Source of the DNA: Candidatus Phycocordibacter aenigmaticus
GTDB taxonomy: Bacteria > Patescibacteriota > Minisyncoccia > Phycocordibacterales > UBA2163
Assembly: GCA_002327585.1 (NCBI GenBank)
Contig: DCWL01000006.1
Span: 28,302 to 92,301 of the forward strand
Length of the DNA: 64,000 nt
Reading direction: 5' to 3'
Shown here: piece after piece, positions 30,116-39,665 of the stretch
How positions within the stretch are numbered: the stretch's first letter is position 1
Layout of the letters: each line of letters begins with the position of its first letter
Made by a program: the position numbers and the translations under genes
Notes under the pieces: generated by a model
What the model saw: only the letters and a program-made list of their open reading frames with translations
Told to the model about the DNA's origin: nothing
The model's database searches: none

Positions 30116-32502
30116 AATTTTTTCATTTCTCCCCAATTGAAGCCCATGGATACATCCACTTTAAGTTTAATTCCGTAAATTTCTTTAGGGTCAATTATTG
30201 ATTCCATAATTTTTTTTATCTCATTTGAGATCTCTTTTACCTTTTCTTCTTTTATCTCATATACAAGTTCGTCATGAACTTGTAAAAGAAGAGTAACTTC
30301 TTTTGAAAGATTATTCTCCATAATATATCTGTCAGCACGCGACATTGCAATCTTGATAATGTCTGCCTGTGTGCCCTGAATCGGAGCATTTATCGCCATA
30401 CGCTCAGCGGCAGCCTTAATATAAGGGATTCTGGAATTGATCCCCTCAAAGTGTCTCCTCCTTCCAAAATAGGTTTCTGTAAAGCCATCTCTTGCGGCGT
30501 CTAGCTTTGTTTCATGAATATAGTGAGCGAGTCCGGAGAAAATTTTGAAATATTCATTAAGATATTTCTGTGCTTCAGCACGCGTCGTCCCGAGACTTTC
30601 CCGAAGTGCACTGACTCCCATCCCATACTGAATACCAAAATTAATCACCTTTGCCTCCCTCCTCATTTCTTCGTCAACCCTATCTATTGGTACATTAAAG
30701 ACTTCTGACGCAACTTCAGTGTGAATATCTCCACCCTCTTTGAAATTTTTAATCAACTTTTCATCATGCGAGAGAAAAGCTGCTACTTTAAGTTCAATCT
30801 GGGAGTAATCAAAAGCGACAAGTTTATATCCATCTCTTGCAACAAATGCATTTCTTATATTCCTCCCAAGCTCCGTCCGTATAGGAATGTTCTGTAGATT
30901 CGGATTTTGTGATGACATCCTTCCTGTTGTTGTCCCTGTTTGCAGAAATGTTGTGTGCAAATGATTTTCATCGTCTAGAAGATGCGGAATGTTGTCTATA
31001 TAAGTTGAAAGAAGTTTCTGTAATTGCCGATATGAAAGTATTTCACCTACAATAGGATGCAGATTGGACATTTTCTCAAGTTCGGATTCTCGAGTTGAGC
31101 GCGCGCCTGTTCCAGTTCTTCTTTGATTCTTAGGAGTTAGGCTTAACTTATCAAACAAAACTTCGCCGAGCTGTTTTGGCGAGTTGATGTTAAATTCACC
31201 ACCAGAGTGTTTATATATCTTATTCTTTATTGCAGAGAGTTTCTTATGGTAATCTTCTGAAAGACTTTTTAAATATGCAATGTCGATTGTGATTCCTCTT
31301 TTCTCCATTTTTTCAATTATGGAAATGAGTGGAAGTTCAATTTCTTTGTAAACTTTTTCAAGTTTCTGCTTTTTTATTTCAGCTAATATTTTTTCCTCCG
31401 CATCCTCAAATGAATCAGTGTTTGCAAACTGCAGAATATCTTCAATTGTCGGATTTGTGATGTCTGATTTCAAGAGCCAAAGTGCAATTGTAATTTTTTT
31501 AATTTCTAATTCTGAAATTTCCTCTTTTTTCGACTCAAGTCCAAGGTCGGGCTTTGGATTAGTTTTATTCTCATTGCTAGAAGAAATACCGAAAGCATCT
31601 CGGGCTCTTTGCGATAGTGTTCTGAAGCCAAGTTCTTTGAAAAGTTTAAGAATCTTGTTCACTTCAAGTGCTTGATTCCAGTTTCTTTTAGGTATTTCAA
31701 ATTTTATAGGCACATCAAGGCGGATTGTTGCAAGCATTTTTGAGAACTGAGCCTCTTCTTCATTTTCCTCTAAAATACCTACAATGCGAGGTTTTATACC
31801 AGCTTTTTCAAACTTTTTCTTATCTTTCTTGAGTATTTTGTAAATATCTTCAATGGTGCCGAATTTCTGTATCAACTCCGTTGCGGTCTTTTCTCCAATT
31901 CCGACAACTCCAGGAATATTGTCAGAAGGATCTCCGCGAAGACCTTTATAGTCAATTAAAAACTCAGGTTTAAAGCCAAATCTCTCTTCAACGCCCTTTT
32001 CGTCATAGACAATTGTTTCTTTAATTCCTTTTTTGAGCGTATAGACGCACACTTTTTTATTATTCACCAACTGAAGCGTATCCATGTCGCCAGAGGCGAT
32101 TATAGTATTAATATCTTTCTTGTCTTTAACCTGCTCTACTATAGTTCCCAGTACATCATCTGCTTCAAAGCCCACCTTCTCGTAAATAGGAATACCAAAT
32201 GATTCAAAAATATCTCTTGAGCGATCCATTTGTGCTATGAGTTCATCATCTGTTTTGGGGCGTCCTGCTTTATAGTCTTCGTAAACTTCATGTCTATATG
32301 TAGGTTCCTGTAAATCATAACATGCAGCCAAGTAGTCAGGCTTCAGGTCGGCAATAATTTTCATAAGCATTGAAGACAAGCCATAAAGTGCGCCAGTTGG
32401 TTCGCCTTTGTCTGACGTAAAATCAGGTAGTGCGTGGTATGCCCTATGGAGAATTGCATGGGCATCCAAAAGCACTAATCTTTTTTTCTTTTTCTCGTTC
32501 AT
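30112..32502 (-). CDS. polA: DNA polymerase I (5'-3' exonuclease + polymerase, no obvious proofreading domain)
   Basis: 796 aa; 5'-nuclease N-term, motif A DYSQIELKV, motif B RREAKVINFGIQYGMG, motif C QVHDELV. Confidence 0.9.
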   Translation of the reverse strand: MNEKKKKRLVLLDAHAILHRAYHALPDFTSDKGEPTGALYGLSSMLMKIIADLKPDYLAACYDLQEPTYRHEVYEDYKAGRPKTDDELIAQMDRSRDIFESFGIPIYEKVGFEADDVLGTIVEQVKDKKDINTIIASGDMDTLQLVNNKKVCVYTLKKGIKETIVYDEKGVEERFGFKPEFLIDYKGLRGDPSDNIPGVVGIGEKTATELIQKFGTIEDIYKILKKDKKKFEKAGIKPRIVGILEENEEEAQFSKMLATIRLDVPIKFEIPKRNWNQALEVNKILKLFKELGFRTLSQRARDAFGISSSNENKTNPKPDLGLESKKEEISELEIKKITIALWLLKSDITNPTIEDILQFANTDSFEDAEEKILAEIKKQKLEKVYKEIELPLISIIEKMEKRGITIDIAYLKSLSEDYHKKLSAIKNKIYKHSGGEFNINSPKQLGEVLFDKLSLTPKNQRRTGTGARSTRESELEKMSNLHPIVGEILSYRQLQKLLSTYIDNIPHLLDDENHLHTTFLQTGTTTGRMSSQNPNLQNIPIRTELGRNIRNAFVARDGYKLVAFDYSQIELKVAAFLSHDEKLIKNFKEGGDIHTEVASEVFNVPIDRVDEEMRREAKVINFGIQYGMGVSALRESLGTTRAEAQKYLNEYFKIFSGLAHYIHETKLDAARDGFTETYFGRRRHFEGINSRIPYIKAAAERMAINAPIQGTQADIIKIAMSRADRYIMENNLSKEVTLLLQVHDELVYEIKEEKVKEISNEIKKIMESIIDPKEIYGIKLKVDVSMGFNWGEMKKL

Positions 32503-32603
32503 ATGATGATTTTACCATAAAATCTAAATTAGAATTTGCAATAAAAAAAGGACCTTCACATACATAGATAGCATGTTCCGGCCCTTAATTAAAATATACT
32601 TAT

Positions 32604-32984
32604 TTACGATTTTTTTTCTTCTGACTTAGATATAGCTTCATTTCTCATTTCAAATACATCGTCAGAAGCTTCTTGGAGAACTTTGATAAGTTTGTCTACA
32701 AAATATTTGAACTTATCAGCATCGTTGGCTGTAATAAATCCAACCCTTTCGTAAAGGTTAATCGTCTCAACAAGAATATAACCTTCTATTACTTTTGATT
32801 CGAAAAACATCCAAGCTGCAGTCAAATTTCCTGGAACTTCCTCTGGGGTAAAATGTAACTCCTTAGATGAAGACACTATAGATTCAATAGCTTTGACCCT
32901 GTCAGATTTTCCCTCTGCAAACGAATTAGCAGAGAAAAAAGAAGTAACTGCGACCAACATAACAACCAACAAAATATTTTTCAT
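32604..32984 (-). CDS. hypothetical secreted protein
   Basis: 126 aa with signal peptide. Confidence 0.45.
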   Translation of the reverse strand: MKNILLVVMLVAVTSFFSANSFAEGKSDRVKAIESIVSSSKELHFTPEEVPGNLTAAWMFFESKVIEGYILVETINLYERVGFITANDADKFKYFVDKLIKVLQEASDDVFEMRNEAISKSEEKKS

Positions 32985-33072
32985 TTTTGATCTCCTTTCA
33001 AGAGATTAAATGTGAAAAAGATAAAAAGAACTTAATTAACTATGAATAGCATAGCATATTTAGATATATTTG

Positions 33073-33498
33073 TCAAGTACTAATTTCCCTGGTATTTTCG
33101 TCTATGAATTTAAAGTGTATTTCCTGTTTGTTTTCAGGTAATATATCTTTCACATTTTCCGGCCATTCTATGAAAATTAGATTCTTTGGATTCTCTAAGA
33201 TTTCTTTCCAACCTAATTGCTTTAACTCTTCTCCTTCCTTTAAGCGATATGCATCTATATGAATAAGGTAATCAAAATTTTTATCTTCTATTTTATATAT
33301 CTTTTCAATAACAAAAGTCGGACTTGTAACGGTTTTCTCAAGTCCGAATGTTTTGGCAATATATTTCACAAATGTTGTTTTCCCTGAACCAAGCTCCCCA
33401 TAAAGAGTAATGACTAAAGCAGTATCTTTGTTAGGCACAAGATTTTTAATAAATTCTTTTGCAATTTTTTCAGTTTCCTTTAAACTTTTTGCTGTCAT
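33073..33498 (-). CDS. tsaE: tRNA threonylcarbamoyladenosine biosynthesis ATPase TsaE
   Basis: 141 aa; LYGELGSGKTTFVK P-loop. Confidence 0.8.
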   Translation of the reverse strand: MTAKSLKETEKIAKEFIKNLVPNKDTALVITLYGELGSGKTTFVKYIAKTFGLEKTVTSPTFVIEKIYKIEDKNFDYLIHIDAYRLKEGEELKQLGWKEILENPKNLIFIEWPENVKDILPENKQEIHFKFIDENTREIST

Positions 33499-33526
33499 AA
33501 ATATAATTTTAACATAAAAAAGGGGA

Positions 33527-33552
33527 GATCTTTTTAGACTCTCCCCTTTTGT
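33527..33552 (-). terminator. rho-independent terminator
   Basis: GGGGAG..CTCCCC stem flanked by A and T runs. Confidence 0.55.
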
Positions 33553-33555
33553 ACA

Positions 33556-33966
33556 TCATCCTCTTTTCCTTATTCTTCCATAATCTCTTACTTCAAAAGA
33601 GATTACGTCATTGTCGCGCCTAGATACTCGGACTCTCTCCGTGTATGACTTTGGCGCTTTTCCTTTTCTTTTGATTGTAATAATTACAGAATACTCAACT
33701 CTACGAGTTGTGCTCCCTGGAAAAACAAAAGTATGATAATCCCCCGGGCCTAAATTTGACTTTTTGCTTACACTGGAGTTGATGTCCACATAAGCATCTT
33801 CCATATTGTTGCTCACAGTAACTTCTGTGTATGGATAAATAAAAGACCTTACGGGCCAGGAATAACTTACTGTGCTTGTCTTTCCTGTATTATATACACA
33901 CCCCCCACTCATCCCGAACACAACTACTAAAAGTATTGACAAAGCCAAAAATTTAACTTTCATCAC
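33556..33966 (-). CDS. hypothetical lipoprotein
   Basis: 136 aa; signal peptide with lipobox-like GMSGGC. Confidence 0.45.
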   Translation of the reverse strand: MMKVKFLALSILLVVVFGMSGGCVYNTGKTSTVSYSWPVRSFIYPYTEVTVSNNMEDAYVDINSSVSKKSNLGPGDYHTFVFPGSTTRRVEYSVIITIKRKGKAPKSYTERVRVSRRDNDVISFEVRDYGRIRKRG

Positions 33967-34153
33967 TTCCTCCTTTAAAGAAAAATAGATTATAAATATA
34001 AATAAGATTTCAAGTCTGTATTCATTATATCATATCTACCAATTTTGTCAATATATACCGTATTATTGACTTCTTGACCGAATCAGCATATTCTAATTAT
34101 GGAGTGCTCTTTTAAAATTTTCAGAATGTTTTATAAAAAAGGAGGCAAATGTT

Positions 34154-34474
34154 ATGTTCAAAAAAATCCTATTTATAGTAATACTGACAGTATTTATAGC
34201 TGGTTTTACAAGTATGCAGCAGAAAGCATCTGCGGACCCAAAAGATAATTTAGCAAAATCGTCAGTTGGCATAGTCGCTGGTTGGACGGAAACGGCAATT
34301 TACCCTATGCAACAAGCAGCAAAACCTGGATGGGCCGGCAAAGTGTTGTTTCCGGTTAATGTTGGTGTTGGAGCGGCAAAAGCGGCCGTACGTACAGGTA
34401 TAGGTGCTATTGATTTAGTAACATTTTTCAAAGAGAAGAACATTGTGGACAGCTGGCCGGGAGAAGATTTATAG
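34154..34474 (+). CDS. hypothetical secreted protein (GWTE-motif family, paralog 1)
   Basis: 106 aa; signal peptide; VGIVAGWTETAIYP. Confidence 0.5.
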   Translation: MFKKILFIVILTVFIAGFTSMQQKASADPKDNLAKSSVGIVAGWTETAIYPMQQAAKPGWAGKVLFPVNVGVGAAKAAVRTGIGAIDLVTFFKEKNIVDSWPGEDL

Positions 34475-34619
34475 TAAAAATTGTTTTAAAACAATCAGTC
34501 TGAGCACTCATAGGCCTAATCTTTATGGATTGGGCTTTTTTTATATTTTAAAAAAATGATATTATTTAAATTAAGACAAAGAGATCTTTTTAAAATCTAG
34601 AAGGAGGGAGGTGGGAATA

Positions 34620-35027
34620 ATGAAACGAGCTTTGTATTACATATTTATTATTTTCATTTTTACAGTATTTTCATACACAACTCAAGCTTCAAATAAAATA
34701 AATATTAATATTCAGAAACAAGAAAAGAGTTCTATTGAAAATAGAATTGAAGGTGTTGTGGATGTGTTGTTCGGTTGGACAGAAATAGTTACAACTCCAG
34801 CAAAGGGGGCAAAAAAATATGGTTTATTTGGTTTTTTCGGTGGAGTTGTAATCTCTCCACTTAAAATGACAATAAAAATAGTAGATGGTTTTGGTAAAAT
34901 CGCCAGTGGCAGTAATAGAAAAGAGAAGAGTATTGAGAAGATTCAAATTGATATTGAGAAGGAGTTGGAAGAGTTTCTCAAAGAAGATGAGGATTTAGTT
35001 GAAAATAAAATACTTTCTTTAGAGTAA
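34620..35027 (+). CDS. hypothetical secreted protein (GWTE-motif family, paralog 2)
   Basis: start moved to ATG preceded by aggagggagg SD; VVDVLFGWTEIVTTP. Confidence 0.5.
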   Translation: MKRALYYIFIIFIFTVFSYTTQASNKININIQKQEKSSIENRIEGVVDVLFGWTEIVTTPAKGAKKYGLFGFFGGVVISPLKMTIKIVDGFGKIASGSNRKEKSIEKIQIDIEKELEEFLKEDEDLVENKILSLE

Positions 35028-35079
35028 AATAATTAATGTGCCATGAGGTCTAGCTATAAAAATAGCTAGGCCTATTGTT

Positions 35080-36834
35080 TTGTTTGTAAGGATAACCACA
35101 CAATTTATGCATAAAGCAACATTGTCAGTTCATAAAAAAGACGCTATATTGAAAGAAATGGTCACTTTTGACGAAACAAAATCTAATAAAAAGATAGAGG
35201 AACTCCATAAAAAAGAGGAGGAGGAGTTGGCAAAAATTCTCTCAAGTAAGTATAAATTGCAGTATATTGACCTTTCCCGCGTACCTATAAATACCGACGC
35301 TCTCGGACTTATAAATGAGGATGTCGCCAAAAGTGCTGAAATGGCAATCTTTAATAAAATCGGCAAAAAACTTTCCATTGCTATACGCTCCCCAAATAAA
35401 GAAGAAGCTGTAACCGCAATAAAAAAGCTTGAGGATAGAGGATATAAACCAACGATTTTTATGGCATCATCAGGTAGTATAAAACGCGCAATCAAGCGTT
35501 ACGCTGACATATCTTTTGCAACGAAAACAAAAGCTGGTGTTCTTGATATATCAGGAGATGAAATAAGTAATATTTTAAATGAATTAAAAAATATAGATGA
35601 TATAAAAAAACTCATAGAAGAAACTCTTCAAATGAAGAAAGCTCGTAAGATTTCCAGGATACTTGAAGTAATTCTTGCTGGAGGGCTCTCATCCAGAGCA
35701 TCAGATGTTCATATTGAGCCAGCAGAACTTTCTGTACGCCTGAGGTATCGTCTTGACGGTGTTTTAATTGATATTACAGAGCTTGACACTCAAACTTTCA
35801 ATCTTCTTCTCTCCAGAATAAAACTCACCTCAGGACTTAAAATAAATATTAAAGACAAAGCGCAGGATGGCAGATTTTCCGTTCACATTGACCAAAATAA
35901 TATTGAGATAAGAACATCAGTGCTTCCCGGCGCATACGGCGAATCAGTTGTTTTAAGAATTCTAAATCCGGAAACAATAGCTCTTTCCATGGAAGAACTT
36001 GGGATAGAAAAAAAGCTCTTTGATTTCCTTGAAAAAGAAATTAAAAAGCCCAACGGAATGATCTTAACCACAGGCCCTACTGGCTCAGGAAAAACAACGA
36101 CACTTTATGGTTTTTTGAGAAAAATCCAAACACCTGAGAAAAAAGTGATTACGATTGAGGACCCGATTGAATATCATCTTGCTGGGATAGTACAAACGCA
36201 AGTCGACGAAAAAAAATATACTTTCGGAAATGGATTGCGCTCGGCACTCCGTCAGGACCCGGACATAATAATGGTTGGTGAAATAAGAGATGAGGATGTT
36301 GCGGGAACTGCGATAAATGCTGCGCTGACGGGGCATTTGGTTTTCTCAACACTTCATACAAACAATGCGGCAGGCTCATTTCCCCGTCTTGTTGATCTGG
36401 GAGTGAATCCTAAAGTTATAAGTTCCGCGGTAAATATCGTCATCGCGCAACGTCTTGTAAGAAAACTCTGTGATGCATGTAAAAAAGAAGTTCTACTTAA
36501 TGAAGATAAAAAAGGAATAATTAAAAATATTTTAAATTCTATTGTTGAGAAGAAAAGTGTTCCGGAGGAGATTTCAAAAATCTGGGAAGCGGAAGGATGT
36601 GATGAGTGCAACAATACAGGTTACAAAGGAAGAATTGGAATATTTGAAGCTATAATAATGGATTCAGATATTGAAGTTCTTGTTAAGAAAAGCGCGAGCG
36701 AACGTGAAATAAGTGACGCATCAAAAAAGCAGAAGCTTTTTACAATTCAGCAAGACGGTGTTTTGAAAGTTTTAAAAGGTGTAACGTCGCTTGATGAACT
36801 TCAGAGAGTTGTGGAGCTTGAAGGTCCTTTATAA
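35080..36834 (+). CDS. pilB: type IV pilus assembly ATPase PilB/GspE
   Basis: 584 aa; Walker A TGPTGSGKTTTL, C-terminal CxxC..CxxC zinc motif. Confidence 0.88.
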   Translation: MFVRITTQFMHKATLSVHKKDAILKEMVTFDETKSNKKIEELHKKEEEELAKILSSKYKLQYIDLSRVPINTDALGLINEDVAKSAEMAIFNKIGKKLSIAIRSPNKEEAVTAIKKLEDRGYKPTIFMASSGSIKRAIKRYADISFATKTKAGVLDISGDEISNILNELKNIDDIKKLIEETLQMKKARKISRILEVILAGGLSSRASDVHIEPAELSVRLRYRLDGVLIDITELDTQTFNLLLSRIKLTSGLKINIKDKAQDGRFSVHIDQNNIEIRTSVLPGAYGESVVLRILNPETIALSMEELGIEKKLFDFLEKEIKKPNGMILTTGPTGSGKTTTLYGFLRKIQTPEKKVITIEDPIEYHLAGIVQTQVDEKKYTFGNGLRSALRQDPDIIMVGEIRDEDVAGTAINAALTGHLVFSTLHTNNAAGSFPRLVDLGVNPKVISSAVNIVIAQRLVRKLCDACKKEVLLNEDKKGIIKNILNSIVEKKSVPEEISKIWEAEGCDECNNTGYKGRIGIFEAIIMDSDIEVLVKKSASEREISDASKKQKLFTIQQDGVLKVLKGVTSLDELQRVVELEGPL

Positions 36835-37055
36835 AAGATTTGCCTCCGCAAGCTTCGCTTGCTATAGCGAGACAAGTCCAGATCATGAATCTCTAAGCAA
36901 TGCTTTTAATAGTGATACTAAAAGTGAGCACCTCATTTGAGGATAGCTCGAGCGAACCTAACCAAAGTCAGAACCAAAACGTCCTTAACAAGGGCATCGA
37001 TTTGCTTAGAGATTCATGCTCTTGATTGTATGTAATGTAGCATAAAAAATAGCTT

Positions 37056-38081
37056 ATGTCAAGTCAAAAAAAGAAGCCGTCCCTTTCTGAAAACAACTCC
37101 AAACCTTCTCTGGACAATACCTTACGTCCGAAGAGCTGGGATGAGTATGTCGGGCAGGTGAATATAAAAAAGAATTTGAGAATTCTCTTAACCGCGGCTA
37201 AAGAGCGTAGTCATCCACCGGAACATATTTTGTTTTACGGTCCGCCAGGGCTTGGAAAGACAACACTCGCTCATTTGATTTCAAAAGAACTCGGGGTGCA
37301 AGTGCGTGTAACCTCTGGTCCTGCAATTGAAAAGATTGGAGATCTGGCTGCGGTTTTGACAAACCTTGGTGATGGAGACATTTTATTCATTGATGAAGTT
37401 CATCGCCTTAATAAAACAATTGAAGAAGTTCTCTACCCTGCAATGGAGTCCGGAGCAATAGATATAATAATAGGTAAAGGTCCATCTGCGCGAACAATCC
37501 AGCTTGAGCTTTCTGCCTTTACATTAATTGCTGCAACCACGCGTATTGCGCTTCTCTCCGCTCCACTCCGCTCCCGATTCTCTGGTGGAATATTTCGTCT
37601 GAATTTCTACAGTCAGGACGAGATAGAGGATATTCTCAACCGCTCTTCTAAAATTTTAGGAGTTGAAGTTGGTGATGTGGCAATTTCCGAGATTTCAAAA
37701 CGCAGCCGTTTCACACCAAGAGTCGCTAATTATCTTCTGAAGCGCTGCCGAGACTTTGCGCAAGTAAACAGAAAAACTCTCTCAAAAGAACAAGTTGGTA
37801 AGGCTCTTTCACTTTTGGAGATTGATGAGTTAGGACTGAATTCAGTAGACAGAAAAATTCTTGAAATTATAATAACCAAATTTAGCGGAGGACCTGTCGG
37901 GTTAAACACTCTTTCGGCCGCCATTTCAGAAGAGCAGGCGACTATTGAGGAGGTGCATGAACCCTACCTTATACAGCTCGGGCTTCTACAGAGAACTCCA
38001 CGCGGACGCATTGCGACAGAGCATGCATACAAACATTTAGGATATAAAGTTCCAAAAAATATGCAGGAAAAATTACTATAA
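37056..38081 (+). CDS. ruvB: Holliday junction DNA helicase RuvB
   Basis: 341 aa; ILFYGPPGLGKTTLA, winged-helix C-term. Confidence 0.9.
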   Translation: MSSQKKKPSLSENNSKPSLDNTLRPKSWDEYVGQVNIKKNLRILLTAAKERSHPPEHILFYGPPGLGKTTLAHLISKELGVQVRVTSGPAIEKIGDLAAVLTNLGDGDILFIDEVHRLNKTIEEVLYPAMESGAIDIIIGKGPSARTIQLELSAFTLIAATTRIALLSAPLRSRFSGGIFRLNFYSQDEIEDILNRSSKILGVEVGDVAISEISKRSRFTPRVANYLLKRCRDFAQVNRKTLSKEQVGKALSLLEIDELGLNSVDRKILEIIITKFSGGPVGLNTLSAAISEEQATIEEVHEPYLIQLGLLQRTPRGRIATEHAYKHLGYKVPKNMQEKLL

Positions 38082-38084
38082 ACT

Positions 38085-38612
38085 ATGTCTGGTCACAGCA
38101 AATGGTCAAAAATAAAACACAAGAAAGCACTTACTGATGCCAAAAAAAGCAAAGTATTTTCAAAACTTGTTCGGTTTATTGAAGTTGAGTCAAAAAAAGC
38201 GGGGGGTGATGTAGAATCCCCTGGAGTGCGCCTTGCGATTGAGAGGGCGCGCGCCGCAAATATGCCCTCGAACAACATCAATCGCGCGATAGCCAAAGGA
38301 AAAGAGGGAGGGGGTGCGAATATGGAGAATGTTCTTTACGAGGCCTACGGGCCAGGAGGTTCTGCAATAATAATTGAAGGCCTCACCGACAGTAGAAACA
38401 GAACTGCCGCGGAGATAAAATATTTACTTAACAAGCATGGAACCCAACTCGCTGCGCAAGGCGCGGCAGCTTGGGCATTTGAAAAAGTTGACGAGAAGTG
38501 GAGTCCCAAAACAGTCGTTTCAATTTCAGAGGAAGATGGTGAAAAACTTATGAAACTCATCGAAGAACTTGAAGACCACGACGACGTGCAGGGGGTGTAT
38601 ATAAACGTGTAG
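38085..38612 (+). CDS. YebC/PmpR (TACO1) family protein, short form
   Basis: MSGHSKWSKIKHKKA N-terminus and DDVQGVY C-terminus match YebC; central domain missing (175 aa). Confidence 0.65.
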   Translation: MSGHSKWSKIKHKKALTDAKKSKVFSKLVRFIEVESKKAGGDVESPGVRLAIERARAANMPSNNINRAIAKGKEGGGANMENVLYEAYGPGGSAIIIEGLTDSRNRTAAEIKYLLNKHGTQLAAQGAAAWAFEKVDEKWSPKTVVSISEEDGEKLMKLIEELEDHDDVQGVYINV

Positions 38613-38680
38613 ATAAGTTATAAGATTAACTCTAACTTTATATTCCTCAGCACAATATTTATTACCATTAAAATAAAAAA

Positions 38681-38702
38681 GATCACCATATTTTTGGTGA
38701 TC
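38681..38702 (+). terminator. terminator hairpin after yebC-like gene
   Basis: gatcacca..tggtgatc 8-bp stem, U-rich downstream. Confidence 0.45.
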
Positions 38703-38724
38703 CTATCTCTTTTACTCTTATTAT

Positions 38725-39125
38725 AATGACACTCCCAAGAGGAAACAAAACTTCTTGCTCCTCTTGGGGCGTCAGACAGTTGCAACTCGACCCTAGTTGC
38801 CGGCGTGCCCCATTACGTACAAGCTCCGATGTGTAAGACTGTCACTACACTGGCTTGATTCCGACGTGCCTCGGTACAGCAATTCCTTGTTTATGCTCCA
38901 TGGATGAGTGACCGAGAAATCATCCCATGCGCCCAAGTCAACCTGACTTGGAATTCGACACATTACTATGTCTCCTATTGTATAGTTATGTATTCCTATA
39001 CAACCCTAATGAGTGCTCACCCATAACCGGAGGGCTTCTTTCTGTGGTTTCCTGCAAGTATCCCATCAGCGACACTTGCAACTAATATAATATTAGCCAC
39101 TTAAAGTACTAACTGTGGATAGTTT
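38725..39125. ncRNA. candidate structured non-coding RNA of unknown class
   Basis: ~400 bp with no ORF in six frames, conspicuously GC-richer than surroundings, many nested inverted repeats; strand undetermined. Confidence 0.35.
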
Positions 39126-39185
39126 AGCATGCTTTATTTTATTTGTCAAGGAGTAAAACCTCTTCCTAAAATGTACTATGTACAT

Positions 39186-39665
39186 ATGACTATATTATCT
39201 ATAGATCCAGGATATGAGAGAGTTGGAATTTCTATATTAGAAAAAACTAATAATAAAGAAAAGCTTATTTATTCTGATTGTTTTAAAACATCTGCAGAGC
39301 TTCCTTTTTTGGAACGACTTAAAAAGATAAGTGACGAAGTTGAAAGGATTATAAAAAAATATAAGCCAGGTGTGCTTGCGATTGAAAAACTTTTTTTCAA
39401 TACGAATCAAAAAACCGCGACGCGGGTTAGCGAGGTTCGTGGGGCACTTTTATACATTGCAAAAGTAAACAAAATGGATGTATATGAATACACGCCACTT
39501 CAGATAAAAGTCGCGACAACCGGAAACGGCCACGGTGATAAAAAACAAGTCATCGCAATGGTTAAAAATCTTATTCCAATAGATAAAGAGATTGAGCACG
39601 ACGACGAATTTGATGCAATTGCTGTAGGACTTACCTGTATTGCCTCCGAAAGAAATCTTATTTAA
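39186..39665 (+). CDS. ruvC: crossover junction endodeoxyribonuclease RuvC
   Basis: ILSIDPGYERVGISIL N-terminus; start trimmed to MTILSID. Confidence 0.8.
   Translation: MTILSIDPGYERVGISILEKTNNKEKLIYSDCFKTSAELPFLERLKKISDEVERIIKKYKPGVLAIEKLFFNTNQKTATRVSEVRGALLYIAKVNKMDVYEYTPLQIKVATTGNGHGDKKQVIAMVKNLIPIDKEIEHDDEFDAIAVGLTCIASERNLI

Noticed and set aside
38725-39125. tmRNA or RNase P RNA identity for the GC-rich tract
   Set aside because: No tRNA-like T-arm or GGUUCGA motif and no AGGAAAGUCCGGGC/ACAGAAnnCGGCUUA P4 motifs were found by eye on either strand. Not excluded (CPR versions are divergent), but unsupported; kept as unknown class.
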